DNA of 56,197 nt from Paracoccaceae bacterium. GTDB taxonomy: Bacteria > Pseudomonadota > Alphaproteobacteria > Rhodobacterales > Rhodobacteraceae. Where the stretch lies: contig JAAUPC010000001.1 in the NCBI GenBank assembly GCA_012036325.1, positions 1-56,197 of the forward strand, in the 5' to 3' direction. A program made the translations under genes and the position numbers. The notes beneath the pieces are model-generated. The model saw only the letters and a list, made by a program, of their open reading frames with translations, was not told the origin of the DNA and ran no database searches. This document shows positions 50,267 to 56,197 of this stretch, piece by piece; positions within the stretch are counted from its first letter, which is position 1; each line of letters starts with the position of its first letter.

Positions 50267-51379
50267 ATGAGACATGTAACCCAAACACGAACCGCCATGG
50301 CGGAACCGAGAGCTATTGCCTGCCCTACTATCTACGAACTTGTGGGACCGGTACGCGCCCTGCGGAAAGAACTTGGCCTGACGAGCAACGACATCACAGT
50401 CTTGACGGCCCTGATCAGCTTTCTTCCCCGAGATCGACAAACCACAAATGGTGAGACCCCACCCAGACTTACCGTTGTGTTCCCCTCCAACGCCTCCTTG
50501 TCTGAGCGTGCAAACGGCATCGATGAGAGGACCTTGCGTCGCTGCTTGGGCCGTCTTGACGCAGCCGGCCTCATCGACCGGAAGTACTCGGCAAACGGCA
50601 AACGCTTCCCCCTGCGGTATGGCGGCATTATCCGAGACGCGTTCGGGATCGACCTGAACCAACTGATACAGAACCACGACACGCTGGCGGCTGAAGCGTT
50701 AAAGGTTGCGGAGAAGCGTGAACGCCTTCGCTCCCTTAGGGCAGAAGCACTAGCACTGCGCGCATCCCTTCTTCAGGACCAGCGCCTCGACGAAGCGCGG
50801 TTGTCCTCCCTCGGAGCAATCAGGAACATCCTTAGACGAGCAACCCTCACGGTTGATGCAATCTTGCAGATCATCGCTGATCTCCGCGAACTCGGAGCCA
50901 ACGCAGCGCAGAGCTACGGAGAGTGCGAGAGTTCGAGCGCGGCCGTGGACGAAATCCAATCACGCGACCAAGCCCTCACCCATGATTGCACGCGCGAAAT
51001 GTCCGCCAGGAACGGACAAAATAACCGGCAGATAGAGTCCATAAAAAAAGAATTCATTAAGAAAGACGCGCAGGGAAAACAGACCAGCACTGACCAAAAC
51101 ATTGCAGGGCCTTCCATGAACCGAGACCCTGCAAAAATGTCATGGACAGACTTCACACAGGTCTCTGACTTCTTTCCAGACCCACCTCGAACAGGAGAAG
51201 CCCTCAACCGCGTTCTCTTCGATATCGGGCGATTGCTTAGAATACGCCAAGAAAAGCTGATGCGTGGCCTCGAAAAAACCGGCGCTGGACGGCTTCTAGT
51301 GATCTTAGATTACCTCTTGGGGAAAGGGGAGACGATCAGGCAGCCCGAGGCATATTTTGAAACGATCCTGGGCTCATAG
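50267..51379 (+). CDS. repC: RepC replication initiator
   Basis: VVFPSNASL, TLRRCL..L..AGLI.RKYSANGKR and AFGIDL; internal AT-rich stretch near 51010-51110 (likely oriV). Confidence 0.93.
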   Translation: MRHVTQTRTAMAEPRAIACPTIYELVGPVRALRKELGLTSNDITVLTALISFLPRDRQTTNGETPPRLTVVFPSNASLSERANGIDERTLRRCLGRLDAAGLIDRKYSANGKRFPLRYGGIIRDAFGIDLNQLIQNHDTLAAEALKVAEKRERLRSLRAEALALRASLLQDQRLDEARLSSLGAIRNILRRATLTVDAILQIIADLRELGANAAQSYGECESSSAAVDEIQSRDQALTHDCTREMSARNGQNNRQIESIKKEFIKKDAQGKQTSTDQNIAGPSMNRDPAKMSWTDFTQVSDFFPDPPRTGEALNRVLFDIGRLLRIRQEKLMRGLEKTGAGRLLVILDYLLGKGETIRQPEAYFETILGS

Positions 51380-51397
51380 AACATGCAGCTTGGACTT

Positions 51398-51413
51398 CTT
51401 GACCGCGGTCAAG
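51398..51413. repeat. Third parS-like palindrome, downstream of repC
   Basis: CTTGACCGCGGTCAAG. Confidence 0.75.
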
Positions 51414-51506
51414 AACGCCGAAGAGAGGGAAAGGTTGGGGAGTTGAGGGGTGACGGTGAGTGAGATCGGGAGAGTGGCTTCCGGCGCCCGTCGTGGAGAA
51501 GCTCTG

Positions 51507-53678
51507 ATGGCGAAAGCAGCCCAGAAAGTCACCCTGTCCCCCTCACGGGACATTCCCTTCGACAAGCTCGTGCTGAGCCAGTCCAACGTGCGGCGCATCA
51601 AGGCAGGCGTCTCGGTCGAGGAACTGGCGGAAGACATCGCGCGGCGCGGCCTGCTGCAGGGCTTGAACGTCCGGCCCATGCTCGATGCCGATGGGGTCGA
51701 GACCGACATGTTCGAGATCCCGGCCGGTGGCCGTCGTTTCCAGGCGCTGTCGCTCTTGGTGAAGCAGAAGCGCCTGGCCAAGACCGCGCCGATCCCCTGC
51801 ATCGTGCGGGATGCTGCGTCGGAGATCCTCGCTGAGGACGACTCGCTGGCAGAGAACATGCAGCGTGTTGCTCTGCACCCGCTGGACCAATTCCGCGCCT
51901 TCGTGGCTTTGCGCGAGAAAGGTCAGGGCGAGGAAGCGATCGCCGCGGCCTTCTTCGTGACCCCGCAGATCGTCAAGCAGCGCCTGAAACTCGCCTCCGT
52001 GGCCCCTGCCCTGCTCGAGGTCTATGCCGAGGATGGGATGACGCTGGAACAGCTGATGGCCTTCACGGTGAATCCGGATCACGCGCGTCAGGCGCAGGTC
52101 TGGGACGCGGTGAAGAATTCCTGGAACAAGGAGCCCTACGCCATCCGGCGTATGCTGACCGAGACCTCTGTCCGGGCCTCGGATCGCCGCGCGGTCTTCG
52201 TTGACGTCGGTGCCTATGAGGCTGCAGGTGGCGTCGTGCTGCGCGATCTGTTCCAGGGCGACGACGGTGGCTGGCTCGAGGACCCTGCCCTGCTCGGCCG
52301 CCTGGTCGCGGACAAGCTGCAAGCCGAGGCGCAGGCAATTGCTGTTGAGGGCTGGAAGTGGATCGAGGTAGCGATCGATCTGCCCTATGGATACAGCCAC
52401 GGTCTGCGGCGTCTGGCGGGTGATCCCGCCCCGATGACCGACGAGGAAAGCGCGGCCCACGCTTCGCTCCTCGCCGAGTATCGTGCGCTGGAAGAGGAAT
52501 ACTCCGGTCAGGACGAATACCCCGAGGAGATCGATGCGCGGCTTGGTCAGCTGGAAATGGCGATGGAAGCGCTCGAGCAGCGGCCGCTGATCTACGATCA
52601 GGCGGAGGTCGGGCGCGCGGGCGTCTTCGTCACGCTGGAGCGGGACGGCAGCCTTGCGATCTATCGCGGCTATGTCCGGCCCGAGGATGAGCCGCGCGAG
52701 GAGACCGCGGTCCTGGATGGTGATGGCGCGGATGTCATGGGGCAGGGGGGTGATGTCGGTGTTTCCAGTTGGAACCCGTCGGCGACCTCCGCCGGGGGCA
52801 CCGTCATCACCTCGGGTGGTCAGCCGATCGGCGTGGATGCGTCCGATGAGGAAGATGACGGTGCGCTGAAGCCGTTGCCCGAGCGTCTGGTCATGGAACT
52901 GACCGCCCACCGGACCCTTGCGCTGCGCGAGGCCATCGGGCGGTCGCCGGACGTGGCACTGACGCTCCTGCTCCTGAAGCTGGTGACGGATACCTTCCGC
53001 ACCTCCTCCGCCTCGGGCAGTTGTCTCGAAGCCTCGGTGCGTCACGTCTACATGTCGGCGCAGGCGCCCGATCTGAAGGACAGCGTCGTGGCGAAGCTGG
53101 TCGATGAGCGTCACACCGCCTGGGAGGTCGATCTGCCTCTCGGCGATGATGCAGCGCTCTGGGACTATCTGACGGTACTCGACCAAGGCAGTCGTCTGGC
53201 GCTCCTGGCGCATTGCCTCAGCTTCGGGATCAACGCGCTCCATGAGAAGGTGAACCCCTACGGTACGGGCATCTCCGCCAGCGGTCTGACCCGCCGCATG
53301 AAGCATGCCGATCTGGTGGCGCGTGCGGTCGATCTCGACATGGTCGACGCGGGCTGGGAGCCGACGGTCGACGGCTACCTCAACCGTGTGCCCAAGGCCC
53401 GGATCCTCGAGGCCGTGCGCGAGGCGAAGGGGGAAGGGACCGCGCAGCTTCTCGATCACCTGAAGAAGGGCGAGATGGCCACCGAGGCCGAGCAGCTCCT
53501 CAAGGGAAGCGGGTGGTTGCCCGAGTTCCTGCGCCGGGCCGATCTGGTCACGCTCGACGGTGAGGCGATCGCAGAAGGGCAGGGGGAGGACGTGGGCGAG
53601 CCTGACTACATCGATCTCCCGGCTTTCCTGACGGCTGATTTGCCGGACAGCGATGCATCGATGATGGCCGCAGAGTGA
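51507..53678 (+). CDS. Large ParB/Spo0J-N-domain plasmid protein
   Basis: SQSNVRR, GLLQGL, AGGRR, SLAEN..R..LHP and C-terminal GWLPE. Confidence 0.88.
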   Translation: MAKAAQKVTLSPSRDIPFDKLVLSQSNVRRIKAGVSVEELAEDIARRGLLQGLNVRPMLDADGVETDMFEIPAGGRRFQALSLLVKQKRLAKTAPIPCIVRDAASEILAEDDSLAENMQRVALHPLDQFRAFVALREKGQGEEAIAAAFFVTPQIVKQRLKLASVAPALLEVYAEDGMTLEQLMAFTVNPDHARQAQVWDAVKNSWNKEPYAIRRMLTETSVRASDRRAVFVDVGAYEAAGGVVLRDLFQGDDGGWLEDPALLGRLVADKLQAEAQAIAVEGWKWIEVAIDLPYGYSHGLRRLAGDPAPMTDEESAAHASLLAEYRALEEEYSGQDEYPEEIDARLGQLEMAMEALEQRPLIYDQAEVGRAGVFVTLERDGSLAIYRGYVRPEDEPREETAVLDGDGADVMGQGGDVGVSSWNPSATSAGGTVITSGGQPIGVDASDEEDDGALKPLPERLVMELTAHRTLALREAIGRSPDVALTLLLLKLVTDTFRTSSASGSCLEASVRHVYMSAQAPDLKDSVVAKLVDERHTAWEVDLPLGDDAALWDYLTVLDQGSRLALLAHCLSFGINALHEKVNPYGTGISASGLTRRMKHADLVARAVDLDMVDAGWEPTVDGYLNRVPKARILEAVREAKGEGTAQLLDHLKKGEMATEAEQLLKGSGWLPEFLRRADLVTLDGEAIAEGQGEDVGEPDYIDLPAFLTADLPDSDASMMAAE

Positions 53679-53690
53679 TCTGAGCCATCC

Positions 53691-53718
53691 GGGGGCGGGG
53701 ACACCCGCCCCCTTCTCT
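53691..53718 (+). terminator. GC hairpin after the ParB-like gene
   Basis: GGGGGCGGG-GACA-CCCGCCCCC-TTCTCT. Confidence 0.5.
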
Positions 53719-53778
53719 CATAAAACACAACAATATCAATATGATGAATGCGAACGCTCGCATTCGGGATGAGGAATC

Positions 53779-54252
53779 ATGTCTGCAACAAACATCATCG
53801 ACACAACCCCCCTCGGGGCACTGATCCGCTACACCGACGGCAGTCCCAAGCCGCCGGCACGTTTCACCAAGAAGCTGGCAGCCTGGGAGCGCTCGAACGG
53901 CGTTGGCCGCCTTGTGAAGAAGGAACCGCCCAGGGTCTATCCGACATGGACGGCACCGGCCTCCTTCACGCTGCATGAGGGCAACTTCTCCTCGGACGGG
54001 GTGATCCTCGTCACGATCATGCGCAGTCATTCGGCGGACAGCCGTCTGATCTTCGAGGTCGCCGAGGAACCCAAGCCCGGACAAGTGCGCGTGCTTCTCG
54101 ACTTTGGTGGCAATACCGAGCTGCTGCATCTGGCAGAGTCCGTCACCGCGGCCGAGCTCTGGATCGCGCGGGAGGGCTATCGCAATGCACGGTTCGAAAT
54201 CGTCGGTGCCGAGGAGGCCGATATGGCAGGGGGCGCGGACCTGGCCGCCTGA
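53779..54252 (+). CDS. Hypothetical plasmid protein
   Basis: RBS GAGGAA; 157 aa; biased codon usage. Confidence 0.75.
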   Translation: MSATNIIDTTPLGALIRYTDGSPKPPARFTKKLAAWERSNGVGRLVKKEPPRVYPTWTAPASFTLHEGNFSSDGVILVTIMRSHSADSRLIFEVAEEPKPGQVRVLLDFGGNTELLHLAESVTAAELWIAREGYRNARFEIVGAEEADMAGGADLAA

Positions 54253-54656
54253 GCCCTCAGGAGGCGTGAGGGGCCTGCCGAAGGGCCGGGCCTCTCAACG
54301 ACCAATAACCTCGTCCCGCGATGCCGCGGGGCACCATAGGATCCATCCCCAAAGACGGAGGTCTTCAACCAAGAGCCTGCCCGGGAGGCTGGCGGCGTTC
54401 CAAGCATCAGCGGGACAACCGGCTCCTGACGTTGGGGGACCATCCCCCGCTCGCCATTCCCTTCCTTGCCCCGGATCCCGTCTTCGAGATCAACCCGCGA
54501 GGGGTCGGACTACGGGCGAGCCCGTGCCGCCGGCTGGATTCGGCCCCGTTTGAAGTGGGGGGCCGAACGCACCCGGTGATGTCAGCCAGTCTTCGGGCCT
54601 GCGGGGTCCTGTCGCGCGGGGGATGGTCCCCCGCCTCCAAGACAGGAGCCAAACAG

Positions 54657-54820
54657 ATGTCCCGCAAAGATGCTCACGACTTCGCGTCGACGGCATGCGT
54701 CGACCCCTCGCCGCTACGCTCATGGTCTCGATCGTCGTCTTCCAGGCAGGAGATGGAACCTTCGGCGCCGTCCCCGCCGATGAAATCGACGGCGACGAGG
54801 TCGTGATCGTCTCGGAATAG
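54657..54820 (+). pseudogene. Small acidic leading-region protein, disrupted
   Basis: RBS AGGAG; MSRKDAHDFAST, then a frame change to LAATLMVSIVVFQAGDG...EIDGDE. Confidence 0.5.
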
Positions 54821-55262
54821 GATCCCTTCGGGCAAGGCTTCGGCCTCACTTCCCGAGGGGCCGGCACGGCGCAGGTGCGCCTCCGGGCCTATCGCAGACA
54901 GAGTGATCGGCGATGCCGATCTTGGTAACGCAGTGTGCCACCCGCGCACACCGTGGTACGCAAGGGGCGGGAAGCGGACGGTTGCCGCGCCGTGCAGTTC
55001 GGTGACCGCGCCCAGAAAGCAGCCATTCGACGGAGAAGGTGGGTCGAACGTTCAACCGTCGCCACATTGGAACTTTTGTTCTTGTTAACTTGAATTTTCT
55101 TTCTTCATCGATGAGGTTCTGTTGCGCAGCGTCCCGGGTCATTTCAAAAGCGGCGAACGGCACTAGCGGGTTTATCGTCCAGAGCCGTCCCGGTAGCCTT
55201 CTGCCAACAGGAAGCGCCGGATGCCGGGATCGTGGCTCAGACCGGCTGCGCGGGATGCGGTC

Positions 55263-56197
55263 TCACGGGCAGCGGCTTCCTGGCCGCACAGCCACAGGAT
55301 GCGGGCGCGCGCGCCCACCATGCTGATAGGTCTCTGCACCGGTGATCGCGTCGAGTTGCGAAAGCGCAGCGTCGGGCTCGCTGTTTTCCGCGAGCGCGAC
55401 AGCGCGCGCCACCAGCACGCCGGTGGTGGGCGCGAACCGGGCCAGCACATCGTAAAGCTGCGAAAGCGGGCCGTGCAGCCTGTGACCTGTGATGCGGCTT
55501 TGTGCATGAAGCGACTGGATCGCTGCTTCGGTCTGGAACCGCCCCGGACTTGCCGCTCGGGCGGCGGCACGCAAGGCGCCCTCCGCCTCGGCCATCAAGT
55601 CGCGAGACCATTGCGTGACGTCCTGACCGCGCAGCGGAATGAAGGCACCACCGGGCCCGCGCCTTGCCGCCCGCCGCGCCTCGCAGTGAAGCATCATGGC
55701 CAACAAGCCGAGCGCCTCGGGTCGGTCGGGGGCAAGTTGCACCGTCAGCCGCACCAGCCAGATCGCCTCATCGGCAAGGCCTGCCAGCCGCTGGTCGGCA
55801 CCGGCGACATCGTCCCAGGCAGTGCCGTAGGCCGCGTAGATCGCCGACAGCACTGCCGACAACCGCTCGGGAATATCTTCAGCCTCGGGAATCGCAAAGG
55901 CGATGCCCGCGTCGCGGATGCGCCGCTTGGCGCGGACCAGCCGCTGACTCATCGAGGCGGGGGCGACCGGAAAGCTCGCAGCAATCCGCGCGGCATCAAG
56001 GCCCAAGACCGTCTGCAGCATCAAGGGCGCCTGCGCGTCCGCGGCAATCGCCGGGTGGGTGCAGGCGAACATCAGCTTCAGTCGGTCGTCGCCGAAGCCG
56101 TCCGAGGCGGTGTCATTGCGTTCATCCTCAAGCATTTGCACCATCGCTGTTGCGCGGTCAGCTGTCTGGCGTCGCGCCGCGGCATGGCCTGCGCTCC
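55263..56197 (-). CDS. ECF sigma-70 factor with DUF6596/TPR extension; 5' end outside the window, 3' end apparently frameshifted
   Basis: DDRLKLMFACTHPA, MSQRLVRAK, EALGLLAMM and GRFQTEAAIQS. Confidence 0.85.
   Translation of the reverse strand, partial: SAGHAAARRQTADRATAMVQMLEDERNDTASDGFGDDRLKLMFACTHPAIAADAQAPLMLQTVLGLDAARIAASFPVAPASMSQRLVRAKRRIRDAGIAFAIPEAEDIPERLSAVLSAIYAAYGTAWDDVAGADQRLAGLADEAIWLVRLTVQLAPDRPEALGLLAMMLHCEARRAARRGPGGAFIPLRGQDVTQWSRDLMAEAEGALRAAARAASPGRFQTEAAIQSLHAQSRITGHRLHGPLSQLYDVLARFAPTTGVLVARAVALAENSEPDAALSQLDAITGAETYQHGGRARPHPVAVRPGSRCP

Overview
GC-rich alphaproteobacterial DNA (Rhodobacteraceae/Paracoccaceae-like by gene content; inference), most likely part of a RepABC plasmid. 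From left to right: (1) a ChrA chromate-transporter N-terminal half joined in frame to an unrelated ABC-exporter transmembrane domain at the window edge, probably a chimera; (2) a complete respiratory nitrate reductase cluster (narK1K2-narGHJI-PPIase-hemerythrin-carbonic anhydrase-moeA-DUF2478) with divergent narR and two FNR boxes; (3) an NsrR-type nitrosative-stress operon; (4) a TetR/MacAB-like exporter, bluB under a B12 riboswitch, and an ArsR-rhodanese/sterol-desaturase pair; (5) a ~17 kb minus-strand cargo bracketed by two related 24-bp palindromes. The cargo holds a DUF4956-phytase-like-VTC-PiT-HK-RR module with Pho-box-like arrays, and an RpiR-ABC importer-histidine phosphatase operon that ends in a two-subunit ATP-citrate-lyase-like enzyme; (6) plasmid backbone: VapBC, tyrosine recombinase, serine resolvase, repABC with three parS-like palindromes, ParB-like and leading-region genes, and a truncated ECF sigma factor. 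Many single-base frameshifts, concentrated at 35.9-44.3 kb, look like long-read errors but could be real decay. All family calls come from motif recognition by eye; no database searches were run.
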